Shown: positions 8,869 to 18,553 of the stretch, piece by piece
Layout of the letters: the number at the start of each line of letters is the position of its first letter
Position numbering within the stretch: position 1 is the first letter of the stretch
NCBI GenBank assembly: GCA_002792995.1
Contig: PFPJ01000055.1
Location: 293 to 64,292, forward strand
Length of the DNA stretch: 64,000 nucleotides
Source of the DNA: Candidatus Magasanikbacteria bacterium CG_4_10_14_0_2_um_filter_41_10
GTDB lineage: Bacteria; Patescibacteriota; Patescibacteriia; Magasanikbacterales; UBA922
Reading direction: 5' to 3'
Translations under genes and position numbers: made by a program
The notes under the pieces: model-generated
The model's input: the letters and a program-made list of their open reading frames with translations, nothing else
What the model was told of the DNA's origin: nothing
Databases searched by the model: none

Positions 8869-9993
8869 TTATTCTTCCATCTTTGGTTTTTCGAGGAGCA
8901 GTGGTTCCATTTCCACTTCCCCTTCTGTAATTTTTACCACATCTTTTTCTACTTTTCCGAGTTCTTTATATGCAGTATTGTAATGGTTTACGGTCGTTGT
9001 CATACTGTTCCCCAATTTTTTCATGTAATCTTCATATGCAAGAATATGTTTGCCAAGTTTTTCTACATTCTTTCGTATTTCTTTTGCTCCTTCCTCGATA
9101 TTCAGTGCACGCAATCCTTGCAACACTGTTTGGAGATATGCGGCAAATGTTGTTGGAGAAACAATGATAACTTTTTTTTCTCGAAATGCATAATCGATCA
9201 AGTTTCGTGTGTTTACTTTCACTGCCCCCACTTCATTCACGAGCAAATCATAATAAATTGCTTCTGATGGAATAAACATGAATGCAAAGTCGAGGGTATT
9301 TTCTTTTGGTTTGATATATTTACTTGTTTCGTCTATTCGTTTTTTCAAATCATTTTTAAATTCTTTTTCCAGTTGTTCTTTTTGTTTGTCATCAATGCAG
9401 TCAAGAATGCGTTGGTAATTATCCAAAGAAAACTTTGCATCGATAGAGATGTTTCCTTCTTTGGTAAAAATAATTGCATCGACAATATCGCCATCGGGAA
9501 AACTATATTGAAGTTGAAATGATGTTGGCGGAAGTATATTTTCCAGCACAAGTTGCAATCCCGCCTCCCCAAGATTTCCTCGTTTTTTTTGATTGGTTAA
9601 TACTTTTTCTAGATTTCCAAGTTGTTCAGAAAATCCAATCACCTGCTGATTTGTTTTGTCGAGTGTCGTCAATTTTTCTGTAATATCGGCAATCATTTTT
9701 GTACTTTGTCCTGTAATTCCTTGCATTATTTTTGTGTTCTGTCCAAATTGATCTTGAATCGTTTTATTCAAATTCAGTTGTGAGTCATTCATGACTTTGT
9801 GTGTTTCAGATAATTTCTGATCTACTGTTTTATTGAGTTCCTGAATTTGTTGTTGGAGCATCATGAATAGTTGTTTGTCTTCATCACGATTTTGAGGTTG
9901 TGTAGCATTCTGCAGTTTTTTGTACAGAAAAAACATCGCAGCGAGTGTTGCGACGAGAACAATACTGAGAATGATAATAAGCATTTGTTCCAT
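8869..9993 (-). CDS. rmuC: DNA recombination protein RmuC
   Basis: 374 aa; N-terminal TM segment, long coiled coil, and a conserved RmuC core (RGNLGEAGLQLVLENIL...). Confidence 0.8.
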   Translation of the reverse strand: MEQMLIIILSIVLVATLAAMFFLYKKLQNATQPQNRDEDKQLFMMLQQQIQELNKTVDQKLSETHKVMNDSQLNLNKTIQDQFGQNTKIMQGITGQSTKMIADITEKLTTLDKTNQQVIGFSEQLGNLEKVLTNQKKRGNLGEAGLQLVLENILPPTSFQLQYSFPDGDIVDAIIFTKEGNISIDAKFSLDNYQRILDCIDDKQKEQLEKEFKNDLKKRIDETSKYIKPKENTLDFAFMFIPSEAIYYDLLVNEVGAVKVNTRNLIDYAFREKKVIIVSPTTFAAYLQTVLQGLRALNIEEGAKEIRKNVEKLGKHILAYEDYMKKLGNSMTTTVNHYNTAYKELGKVEKDVVKITEGEVEMEPLLLEKPKMEE

Positions 9994-10236
9994 AGAAAAA
10001 GAATCCGTTGTTTATTTTTTAAATTTTGAGAAAAGAAATCCTACAATGCCAATGGCAAGGAAACTGGTGATCGCAATAATGAGAGCCAGGACTGTTTGCA
10101 TAGACTACCAGTATAGCAGGACTCAGGGTGAGAAACAAAATGAGTATACTCTATCTCCAAATAGTTGGAAGCAGAGTGTAATGCTGGAGGGTAACGTGTC
10201 CAGCGGCACGGTCGGTTCTGCACCGACAAGCGTCTG

Positions 10237-10846
10237 TCAAAGGAAGATATGAACGCGTACGAACGTGTCCAGGGACCATCCTCTGTTTTCGATAGGAGCT
10301 GCGTGCCTGATCGAGAATGCGATGTCCACAGCGACATGTTTGTTAAAGTGGAGCAACATGTTTGACCCGACGCCATGTGACCATGTGTCGGCATGACCGA
10401 TTTTGCCCCATCCTTCGCCCTCAATGCCGAGTTCAATGAAATCGGACAGGGTGTACTGAGCTTGGAGGAACCAGTACCCAGACATACTCGGAATCTGGAT
10501 CTCCACGTCAGACCAGCTCCAGAAGTCTCCGAACTTCACAGATGGACGAAACGCGAGTACCGGTTCTGCGTTGTGGAAGTCCCACGCCATGTCTGACTCG
10601 ATGTCCAGCCACTGAAGAGGCTTCCATGCTGCACCGAGATAGAGATAGGGGGTAAGCCCACTGGCGAGGTTTGTCGATGGTACGATGTGTACTCGACTGT
10701 CGACGTTCGGGGTCAGCTCACTTCCTCCGTGGATTACCATCCTCAGTCGAGGATGGTTGACGAGCTGCTTCGCTTGCACCGGCGTGTTGGTCAGTCCGAT
10801 GAAAGCGATGATGATCATGACGAGAAAACGGATCATGTATGTATCC
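10237..10846 (-). CDS. GC-rich secreted hypothetical protein with a beta-rich, Trp/Gly-rich mature region; probable horizontally acquired
   Basis: Start at MIRFLVMIIIAFIGLTNTPVQA (signal peptide), about 58% GC. The upstream part of the track ORF is untranslated leader. Confidence 0.5.
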
Positions 10847-10996
10847 CTCTCCACAAGAGAACATGTCCTCCGCCAAGCCCTGTGCTTGACTTCGAACGGA
10901 CAACTATATATAATATGTGAAGAGTGGTAAATAGCACCACGTGGTGTAGTTTTACACCATAGACGTATATATTTGCTAAAATAAGCAAAAAATGTT

Positions 10997-11746
10997 ATGC
11001 ACATAGATATTTTAGAAGAACTTGGACTGTCACAAAACGAAGCAAAAATTTATGAATCTCTGATTGAAATTGGTGAAAGTACGATTAGTGAATTATCAAA
11101 TAGAAGTAAGATTCATCGCCGTAATATCTACGATTCGATGAGTCGTCTTATTGAAAAAGGACTGGTATTTCAGGTCATTGGGCGTGGAGATAATCTGTAT
11201 AAGCCTGTAGACCCACACAAGCTCATGGAACTCGTTGACGAAAAGCGCACTCGTCTTGAAAAAATCATGCCAGCGCTTATTACCAGCTATGAGCAAAAAC
11301 CTCATCTTGAGGCAGCGTATATCTATAAAGGTATCGAGGGTTTTAAGAATTACCTTCGTGATATGCTGAGTACAAATGAAGATGCTTATTTTATTGGGGC
11401 AAAAGGCGCTTGGTTTGATCCTCGTTTGAAGACGTTTATTGAAGGATTTCTTACTGAAGCAAAGAAACGTGGCATCAAATATCACACGCTATTTGATTAC
11501 GAAGTTCGTGAAGGTGCAGTGGAAGTGCCCATGGCAGTAAAAAAGCCATTTAAGTACCTCCCAAAAAAGTACTCAACACCGAGTATGGTAGATATTTTTG
11601 GGGATCATGTTGTGTCATTTACTGGGGCGGGACTCATGAAGATATCTGATGATATTACGATTTTTGTAAATATTAGTAGACCATTGGCAACAAGTTACAA
11701 AACGTGGTTTCAGTTTATGTTTGACATGTGCCCTGAGATTGAGTAA
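10997..11746 (+). CDS. TrmB family transcriptional regulator
   Basis: N-terminal winged HTH LGLSQNEAKIYESLIEIGESTISELSNRSKIHRRNIYDSMSRLIEKGLV followed by a TrmB-type C-terminal domain. Confidence 0.65.
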   Translation: MHIDILEELGLSQNEAKIYESLIEIGESTISELSNRSKIHRRNIYDSMSRLIEKGLVFQVIGRGDNLYKPVDPHKLMELVDEKRTRLEKIMPALITSYEQKPHLEAAYIYKGIEGFKNYLRDMLSTNEDAYFIGAKGAWFDPRLKTFIEGFLTEAKKRGIKYHTLFDYEVREGAVEVPMAVKKPFKYLPKKYSTPSMVDIFGDHVVSFTGAGLMKISDDITIFVNISRPLATSYKTWFQFMFDMCPEIE

Positions 11747-11773
11747 AGTGCCGGTGTTTCATATGAAACAAAT

Positions 11774-11847
11774 GGTCCTGTAGTTCAATGGATAGAACAA
11801 GACACTCCTAACGTCTAAATCCAGGTTCGATTCTTGGCGGGGCCACA
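11774..11847 (+). tRNA. tRNA-Arg (anticodon CCT)
   Basis: Cloverleaf GGTCCTG / GTTC-AATGGATA-GAAC / AGACA-CTCCTAA-CGTCT / T-arm CCAGG-TTCGATT-CTTGG / acceptor CGGGGCC. The anticodon loop is CT-CCT-AA. Confidence 0.85.
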
Positions 11848-11894
11848 GTAGAAGTACACTTTTGTTGGAGAAAGTACACAATAATCTATACAAA

Positions 11895-11923
11895 TACACT
11901 GTTTAGGACAGTGTATTTTGTTT
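11895..11923 (+). terminator. Rho-independent terminator after tRNA-Arg
   Basis: TACACTG-TTTAGG-CAGTGTA followed by TTTTGTTT. Confidence 0.5.
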
Positions 11924-12347
11924 CACGTAGAACAAACGAGTGTTTCATATGAAACAATTGTAACAAGAAAAGAAAAGTTTTTAAAAAATAAATGTTGTGG
12001 CAAATTTTACTACATGCATGCATGTTTCACGTAGAACATTTTTGTAATTTTATGATAGGGGATATTGATAGATTGAAATATAAAATTTTTTATAAACCCT
12101 AAAGTAAACAACAGATACATAAAATATTGTACGACACATAAAAAGAGCTATAATAAAGCAAGAAAACAACATTTTACAAAATAAAGTGAATAATAAATGT
12201 AAATTTTCTACCATTTGTCCTGTAAGAAAAATGAATGCTACCTAGGTGTCTTTACAAAAAGGCATAAAACAAGTAGGATATCGGTGCCCATGTTGTACAT
12301 GCGGAAGATGTTTCGTGGGCCTTATTTGATTATATTATTATGTTTTT

Positions 12348-13427
12348 ATGCTTGCTATCGGTATCGTAGGGCTTCCCAATGTTGGAAAATCAACGCTTTT
12401 CAACGCATTGACCAAAAGTAAACAAGCAGATGCGCAAAATTATCCGTTTTGTACCATTGAGCCAAATATTGGTATTGTTGAAGTACCTGATGATCGTATT
12501 TCTCAACTGACGTCTACGTCTTCTTCACTCAAAGCCGTCCCTACTGCCATTGAATTTGTAGATATCGCCGGACTTGTGAAAGGTGCTTCAGAGGGTGAGG
12601 GTCTCGGAAACAAATTTCTTTCGCATATTCGTGATGTCGATGCCATTGTACACGTTGTTCGTGCGTTTCAAGATAGCAATGTGGTGCATGTTCATAACAA
12701 CGTCGATCCAAAAGATGACGCTGATGTGATCAACCTAGAACTTGTGCTCGCAGATATGCAGGCCGTCTCTTCGAGACATGCAAAAGTGACAAAGGAAGCA
12801 AAAGGGGTAAAGGCAAAGGAAAAAGCTGTCGAAATGGACGTACTTCAAAAGTTACTTGACCATTTTGAACAAGGGAAACCAGCTCGCACGCTTGATTTTA
12901 CTGAAGAGGAGATGGTCATCATGAAAGAATTGCATCTTATTACAATGAAACCAATGATGTACGTTATCAATATCGATGACAGCCAACATATCGATGGAAA
13001 TGCAAACATTATTGTCGAAGAAGGCGCTACGCATGTATATGTGTCTGCACGAACTGAGGCCGAAATTGCAGAATTGCCTACAGAGGAAGCACGTGAGTTT
13101 ATGAAAGAACTCTGTATGGATCGATCTGGACTGGATACGATTATTACAGCGGGCTATCAAATTCTTGATCTGGTCACGTATTTTACATCTGGCGTGCAGG
13201 AAACGCGCGCGTGGACTATTCACCGAGGGACACCAGCGCAACTCGCTGCCGGTGTTATTCACACCGACTTTATCAAAAAATTTATTAAAGCCGATATCGC
13301 CAACTGGCAAGATTTTGTGAATGCAAAAGGATGGAATGGTGTGAAAGAACAAGGCCATATGCAACTTGTTGGCAAAGAATATATTGTTCAAGATGGAGAT
13401 GTATGTTATTTCCATATTGGAGCATAA
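12348..13427 (+). CDS. ychF: Ribosome-binding ATPase YchF (Ola1)
   Basis: G1 motif [18 protein letters not shown], a TGS domain, and a conserved C-terminus. Confidence 0.9.
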   Translation: MLAIGIVGLPNVGKSTLFNALTKSKQADAQNYPFCTIEPNIGIVEVPDDRISQLTSTSSSLKAVPTAIEFVDIAGLVKGASEGEGLGNKFLSHIRDVDAIVHVVRAFQDSNVVHVHNNVDPKDDADVINLELVLADMQAVSSRHAKVTKEAKGVKAKEKAVEMDVLQKLLDHFEQGKPARTLDFTEEEMVIMKELHLITMKPMMYVINIDDSQHIDGNANIIVEEGATHVYVSARTEAEIAELPTEEAREFMKELCMDRSGLDTIITAGYQILDLVTYFTSGVQETRAWTIHRGTPAQLAAGVIHTDFIKKFIKADIANWQDFVNAKGWNGVKEQGHMQLVGKEYIVQDGDVCYFHIGA

Positions 13428-13459
13428 AAGTTCTTTCTCTTCGTTCTTAAGTATTGTGT

Positions 13460-14692
13460 ATGAAGATTGCCGTGATTGGTGGTGGCGCAGCTGGGATGAT
13501 GTGTGCAGCAACAATTCTTGAAGAACATTCCGATATGGAGGTTTTTTTGATTGAAAAAAATAGTTCTCTTGGAAGAAAGGTGATCATTTCAGGTGGAGGA
13601 CGATGTAATGTAACGACAGGAATTGATGATGTAAAATTGGTGTTGAGTAAATATCCGCGAGGGAACAAATTTTTGCAGTCAGCCATGCATCGTTTTTCAC
13701 CAAGCAACGTGTATGATTGGTTTGAACAACATGGTGTCCCACTAAAGTGTGAAAAAGATTTGCGTGTGTTTCCTGTTTCGAATAATGGACATGATATCGT
13801 TGCTGTATTTGAACGGATTTTTCAACAAGGCAATATACAGATACTTTTTAAACATACATTCAAAGGATTGCGAAAAGAAAAAAAACAATTTGTGGTATCA
13901 TTTGCAGAACAAGAAGATATTGTTGTTGATACCGTTGTTATGACGCTTGGCGGACAAGCCTATCGGCATACCGGTTCGACAGGAGATGGATATGATGTCC
14001 TCGAAACGTTGGGGCATACGATTACTGCCTTGGCGCCAAGTCTCAATTCTTTTCTCACTGCAGAAGCATGGCCAAAAACATTGTCTGGACTTTCTTTTGA
14101 ACATGCGACGATACACGTAAAAGGTCAGAAAAAATATACATGCACAGGACCTTTTTTGTTTACGCATACGGGGGTGAGTGGTCCTGCTGTGTTTGCACTG
14201 TCATCATTGATTGCATTTGAAACATACGATAGACACACACCTCTTGAAATTGAAATCGATGTGTTGGTGGAGATGTCTATGGAAGATATTTTTATTCAGT
14301 TGCAATCGTTGCGAGAAGAACATTTACAAAAAACATTTAAAAATACATTGCATCATTTTTTCCCCATGTCCTTGACTGAAAAAGTGTGTAAGAATTTGAA
14401 CATCTCTTTTGACAAAAAAAATGTGGAAATGAGTAAAAAAGAATTACGCGTGGTCGCAGAATATATAAAACATATTCCACTCAGCATTATTGGTCGAGGA
14501 GCAGGCGATGAATTTGTGACCGCAGGCGGAGTCGAAACAACAGAAGTGGATCCAAAAACAATGGAATCGAATGTGTGTGATGGATTATTTTTTGCTGGAG
14601 AAATTTTGAATATTGATGGGTTTACCGGAGGATTCAATTTGCAAGCATCGTGGGCGACTGGAAGAGCTGCAGGGTTGGGTGTCGCTTCATAA
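13460..14692 (+). CDS. HI0933/YhiN-like FAD-dependent oxidoreductase (aminoacetone oxidase family)
   Basis: FAD-binding motif MKIAVIGGGAAGMMCA and the conserved ISGGGRCNVT. The ATG is at 13460; the track start at 13454 is a TTG. Confidence 0.75.
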   Translation: MKIAVIGGGAAGMMCAATILEEHSDMEVFLIEKNSSLGRKVIISGGGRCNVTTGIDDVKLVLSKYPRGNKFLQSAMHRFSPSNVYDWFEQHGVPLKCEKDLRVFPVSNNGHDIVAVFERIFQQGNIQILFKHTFKGLRKEKKQFVVSFAEQEDIVVDTVVMTLGGQAYRHTGSTGDGYDVLETLGHTITALAPSLNSFLTAEAWPKTLSGLSFEHATIHVKGQKKYTCTGPFLFTHTGVSGPAVFALSSLIAFETYDRHTPLEIEIDVLVEMSMEDIFIQLQSLREEHLQKTFKNTLHHFFPMSLTEKVCKNLNISFDKKNVEMSKKELRVVAEYIKHIPLSIIGRGAGDEFVTAGGVETTEVDPKTMESNVCDGLFFAGEILNIDGFTGGFNLQASWATGRAAGLGVAS

Positions 14693-14730
14693 CGTTGTTC
14701 CGAGTATTTTTAGAGTAAACACGTACAAAC

Positions 14731-14760
14731 AAAAAAGAGTGGACATGCCACTCTTTTTTG
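14731..14760. terminator. Bidirectional terminator between the oxidoreductase and the methyltransferase genes
   Basis: AAAAAAGAGTGG-ACAT-GCCACTCTTTTTT. Confidence 0.5.
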
Positions 14761-14767
14761 TTTTATT

Positions 14768-15901
14768 TTATTTTTTTACCCAACGCCATATTTCTCTTGC
14801 TACAAATTGTTGTTCTCTGGCGTAGACGAGTGGCATCTCTTTTTCTTGGTAGGGAAGCATCTCAAAACCGAGTTTTTTAATATTGTTTTGACATTCAACA
14901 CGAACCCAGTCATCTTTGTATCGGAACTGTGGCACAACGAATATCACACGTCCACCAGGTTTGAGTATTTGTGCAAAGACGCGAAATGCATCGATATACA
15001 AGGCTTGAAGTTCTTGCACTTGTTTTTCAAGAAATGTCCGTTGTTCTCGTCCTGTTCTCGGTACTCCCATGTATGGTTCCGTTGCGATGATGTCAATAGA
15101 TTCTTTTTCAATATGTTCTGTGAGAACACGAACATCACTTTGGAAAATCTGTATATCAGTGACAGGTGATTCAAGATTTGTTTGCAACCATGCTACATTT
15201 TTTTCACTGTCACTGGTCGCTTTTTCGGAAATGTCACTTCCAATGATATGTGGTATTGCAAGTGACAATGCTTCTCCAAGAAGAGTGCCAGATCCACAAA
15301 ACGGATCGAGCAGTGTATCATTCTTTTCTGGCATGGCGAGATTGATCATCATGCGTGATAATTTTGGGGGGAGCATACCACTTTTTCCATCAACGCTGGG
15401 TCTTCCATAATCGCGTTCGCTCATGTCTTCGATAGGTTGAATTGCGCGAGTAACATAGACAACATTATCGATGATGGTGAGATGGGTTCCTCTCTCTACC
15501 AAACCATTATGCAAAATGGTTGCAGTGTTTTTTGTTTCTACATACCTCACAGATCTGCCAATTGTTTTGAGTTTTTTCTTTACTGCGATGGCGAGGCGTG
15601 ATGCCTGTGTACCCCCACTGACAGAAAAATGAAGTTTGGTTGTAGAAGGAAGTGATGAAAGATATGAAAAAAGAGTTTCTTCCGCGTTTCCTTTTGGATC
15701 AAGTTTTTCTCCAATCAATCGTGTCCCTCCGAGGATAATCATATCTGCTTCTGGATCGAGCGGTGTATCCGTAGAAACCAAAAAATATTCACCTACCAAG
15801 CGAGTATACGTAGGAAGAATCCGTTTTTGGGACAATACAGAAAAGATTTCTTCTTGTGAGAGGTCACGTTGGTGGCCGAGTTGGAATGCGTATGTATGCA
15901 T
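14768..15901 (-). CDS. Class I SAM-dependent methyltransferase, RlmL/Trm11-like (probable RNA N2-guanine methyltransferase); last gene of the pilus operon
   Basis: Motif I LLDPFCGSGTLLGEA and motif IV-like IIATEPYMG. A methyltransferase core is preceded by an N-terminal domain of about 150 aa. Confidence 0.55.
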   Translation of the reverse strand: MHTYAFQLGHQRDLSQEEIFSVLSQKRILPTYTRLVGEYFLVSTDTPLDPEADMIILGGTRLIGEKLDPKGNAEETLFSYLSSLPSTTKLHFSVSGGTQASRLAIAVKKKLKTIGRSVRYVETKNTATILHNGLVERGTHLTIIDNVVYVTRAIQPIEDMSERDYGRPSVDGKSGMLPPKLSRMMINLAMPEKNDTLLDPFCGSGTLLGEALSLAIPHIIGSDISEKATSDSEKNVAWLQTNLESPVTDIQIFQSDVRVLTEHIEKESIDIIATEPYMGVPRTGREQRTFLEKQVQELQALYIDAFRVFAQILKPGGRVIFVVPQFRYKDDWVRVECQNNIKKLGFEMLPYQEKEMPLVYAREQQFVAREIWRWVKK

Positions 15902-15921
15902 AGTGGGCTATTCTGTCACTC

Positions 15922-16350
15922 CTAGGGTGTTTGTGTCAAGAGGGTACTACTTGTGGTTGGTGCTATACCAAAGAGAGGAAAAGGGGTAGATGTTGGTATA
16001 TCAGTATTTTTTTTGCTCCACGCGTCACGTACTGTTTCGAGTGTACCAAAATCAATAACATCTGTCCGTTTTGTTTCTTGGATAAAAAAGAGATTTTCAG
16101 TTGCGGCGATGGTGTCAAACACTGTTGCATAGAGACGCCAGAGACCAAATCCTAATAATGATACAACACTTATGCCGACGATCCACGATGAAAGGCGTAA
16201 TATACGGAAATGCGTAAATCTATTTGTATAGACTGCCTGCGAGTAGGCTTTACGTTGTTTTTCTGCTTCGCGCGTATTCATTTGTGTATTTTTTGTTGGT
16301 GGATTTTGTTTTGGCTCTGGTTGAGTTGTTGTCTTTTTTTTGTTTGCCAT
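15922..16350 (-). CDS. Hypothetical membrane protein inside the pilus operon
   Basis: Start chosen at MANKKK (16350). Basic N-terminus, one TM segment, and a Thr/Pro-rich C-terminus. Confidence 0.4.
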   Translation of the reverse strand: MANKKKTTTQPEPKQNPPTKNTQMNTREAEKQRKAYSQAVYTNRFTHFRILRLSSWIVGISVVSLLGFGLWRLYATVFDTIAATENLFFIQETKRTDVIDFGTLETVRDAWSKKNTDIPTSTPFPLFGIAPTTSSTLLTQTP

Positions 16351-16360
16351 AAAAATAACT

Positions 16361-16912
16361 TTATTCTGGTGTGCTTCTCGTGTAGATACGAGCATCAAAT
16401 CGGAGTGTTGCTTGGCCAGCATCCGTTGCTTTTTGAATTTTTATGCCATCGATGAGTACGTAATATGATTGTGCTTCCAGTGTCTGTATGTAAGAAAAAA
16501 GATCTTCAAATGAACCGTTCAGAACAAAAGAAAATGTGTAGTAGGGGAGTCCTACTGTCGGGTCAGGGATATTGGAACGTGTTGCCCCAAGTGTTTGACG
16601 AAGGTTGTGATTGGTTGCCAGGGCTTCTAGTTTTTCGATGATTGTGAGTTCATCCCCATATGGCATAGCAATGTCTTTGTAGGATTCTACTTCCTGACTT
16701 ATGCTATCGAGTTCTCGGAGTGTTCGACGCATGGCCTGTGTACTGTTGTATTCTTGTTCGAGTTCTTGTTGAATTCCTTTTATGTCATCACTAACCATGA
16801 ACATTCTTTTGAGTGTCGGATAAATAATAAATACACCAAGAAGAAGAGAACCTAAAAAAAGTGTACTTGATATAATATAAAATTGTTTTTTGAGACTAAG
16901 TCGGTGCAACAT
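16361..16912 (-). CDS. pilO: PilO-like type IV pilus assembly protein
   Basis: N-terminal TM, coiled coil, and a C-terminal alpha/beta domain. The gene sits in the pilO position downstream of pilM and pilN. Confidence 0.5.
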   Translation of the reverse strand: MLHRLSLKKQFYIISSTLFLGSLLLGVFIIYPTLKRMFMVSDDIKGIQQELEQEYNSTQAMRRTLRELDSISQEVESYKDIAMPYGDELTIIEKLEALATNHNLRQTLGATRSNIPDPTVGLPYYTFSFVLNGSFEDLFSYIQTLEAQSYYVLIDGIKIQKATDAGQATLRFDARIYTRSTPE

Positions 16913-16915
16913 ATA

Positions 16916-17446
16916 TTAGAAAGAGAATGGGATGGAAAGTGAAAAATCTATTTTATTCTGTTTGGTAAGATCGCTGAGTGGAATGGTAACAGTTTCAATT
17001 TGTGGAAGGGATTCGAGCGTATCTTGCAGTTTGAGAAATGCCTCTCTCGACGGAGATGATCCAACAAGTTCAAGCATGTGATCTGACGTACGGAAAGAAA
17101 ATTGGGTGATGGTTGTATCTTCGGGGATAGTATTTGCTAATAAAAGAATATATGGTGACCATGACATGTAATTTTTTTGAATCGCAGTTGCTTGTTTTGT
17201 AATCACATTTATTTTTTGAACACGAACATTTATTTTTCCTGCTGATGTATGCGTCCGAAGACTTTGGAGAGCAATCTCTGCAAATTGTGACTGTAAAAAA
17301 ACTTGGGACATAATTGCAAAAATGGCAAAACAAGAAAGAATTATAAAAATAACAGCAAGCGTATTTTTAATAAAGCCCATCGTCATGATACGTTTGGCGT
17401 ACTGTTGCTTCTTTTTTGACATCAGGTTGAGTCGAATGGGATACAT
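16916..17446 (-). CDS. pilN: PilN-like fimbrial assembly protein
   Basis: Small bitopic protein immediately after pilM, with typical PilN size and topology. Confidence 0.5.
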   Translation of the reverse strand: MYPIRLNLMSKKKQQYAKRIMTMGFIKNTLAVIFIILSCFAIFAIMSQVFLQSQFAEIALQSLRTHTSAGKINVRVQKINVITKQATAIQKNYMSWSPYILLLANTIPEDTTITQFSFRTSDHMLELVGSSPSREAFLKLQDTLESLPQIETVTIPLSDLTKQNKIDFSLSIPFSF

Positions 17447-17454
17447 AGGAATAG

Positions 17455-18552
17455 TTATATCATGTCTTGTGCCTGAAATGGGTTTTCAGCTGCCCGAAGA
17501 GCAAGACCAATAGCTGTGGCGAAACCAAGAGAGGCTGCTTCATTGGGGAGACTTCCTGGATGAAGTCCAAGATTTTTCCACACTTTCCCTGGAGCACACG
17601 TAATGCCAAGACGCTCAGTAAGAAGTTCTGGAAGATGCGGGGTATTGGTAGCGCCACCGGACATAGTGACGTGTGTCACTGTATTGGTATGTGGGAAATG
17701 GCTATAATAAAATTGAAAAGATTGTTCAATCGTATCTATAAATGTATCAAGACTGTCCTTGATAACATTCAAAGCTTTTCCATATTTCTTTGTGTATTTT
17801 ACACCATACATACGTTTGATTTCTTCTGCTTTTTCTTGAGTTTCTTTGAGGCTTTGCATGATAGCGGTAGTAAGAAGTTCTCCTGAAAAAGGTAATGTTT
17901 TGCTAAATTGGATAGCCTCATAATCATAGACAATGAGCGCACTTTGGGTAGCCCCAACATCGAGAATCGCACGAGCTTCACCTGTGTACAGTTTGTTGGC
18001 GGTAATAAGTGATCTTGCAATGGCAAGTGCTTCTATCTCGAGAGACAAGATTCCAAGTCCAAGACTCTCAATAAGGTATGTGTACATATCTACAATGTAC
18101 TTCGGAGCGGCACCGATAAGAATCCGTGTCATGCCTTCTTCAAAATCTGGAAGAATTTGCCAATCAAGATAATAACTTTCTTCATCAAAAGGGATGTGTT
18201 GTTTGGCGATCATGAAGATGTCATCATCTATGACATCTTTGGCTTCTTTTGGAAGGTGAATAACTTTGATAAAACTGTGAATTTCTGGCAGTGTTGCAAC
18301 CACCCATTTGCCATCAACAGGTTTAGTCCCTTTTTTTCCTTCGAGCAAATGTTGAATATATTTCCGGACCTTTTCTGGTTCTTGTATCTCACCATTGACA
18401 ATAAGTCCTGGCGGAAGTGCTGTTTGTCTGACCGTATGCAATCGAAAAGAAGGAGTTTTTTTGTGTCCTGTTTTATTTTCAAGTTGCACAAGCTTAATCG
18501 ACAAATCGCCAATATCAAGACCAAATGCATTTGGATAGGGGTGAAATAACAT
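17455..18552 (-). CDS. pilM: Type IV pilus assembly protein PilM (actin-like ATPase fold)
   Basis: Start chosen at MLFHPY (18552). Motifs GLDIGDLSIKLVQL and ILDVGATQSALIVYD are consistent with PilM/FtsA-like folds. Confidence 0.8.
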   Translation of the reverse strand: MLFHPYPNAFGLDIGDLSIKLVQLENKTGHKKTPSFRLHTVRQTALPPGLIVNGEIQEPEKVRKYIQHLLEGKKGTKPVDGKWVVATLPEIHSFIKVIHLPKEAKDVIDDDIFMIAKQHIPFDEESYYLDWQILPDFEEGMTRILIGAAPKYIVDMYTYLIESLGLGILSLEIEALAIARSLITANKLYTGEARAILDVGATQSALIVYDYEAIQFSKTLPFSGELLTTAIMQSLKETQEKAEEIKRMYGVKYTKKYGKALNVIKDSLDTFIDTIEQSFQFYYSHFPHTNTVTHVTMSGGATNTPHLPELLTERLGITCAPGKVWKNLGLHPGSLPNEAASLGFATAIGLALRAAENPFQAQDMI

Positions 18553-18553
18553 A

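Larger units (their letters stand above)
11755..12038. repeat. Four copies of a 16-bp palindromic motif, TGTTTCATATGAAACA (11755-11770, 11941-11956) and TGTTTCACGTAGAACA (11919-11934, 12023-12038), surrounding tRNA-Arg in the TrmB-ychF intergenic region
   Basis: Read directly from the sequence. Copy 1 abuts the tRNA 5' end with a 3-nt gap; copies 2 and 3 are 6 bp apart. Confidence 0.6.
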
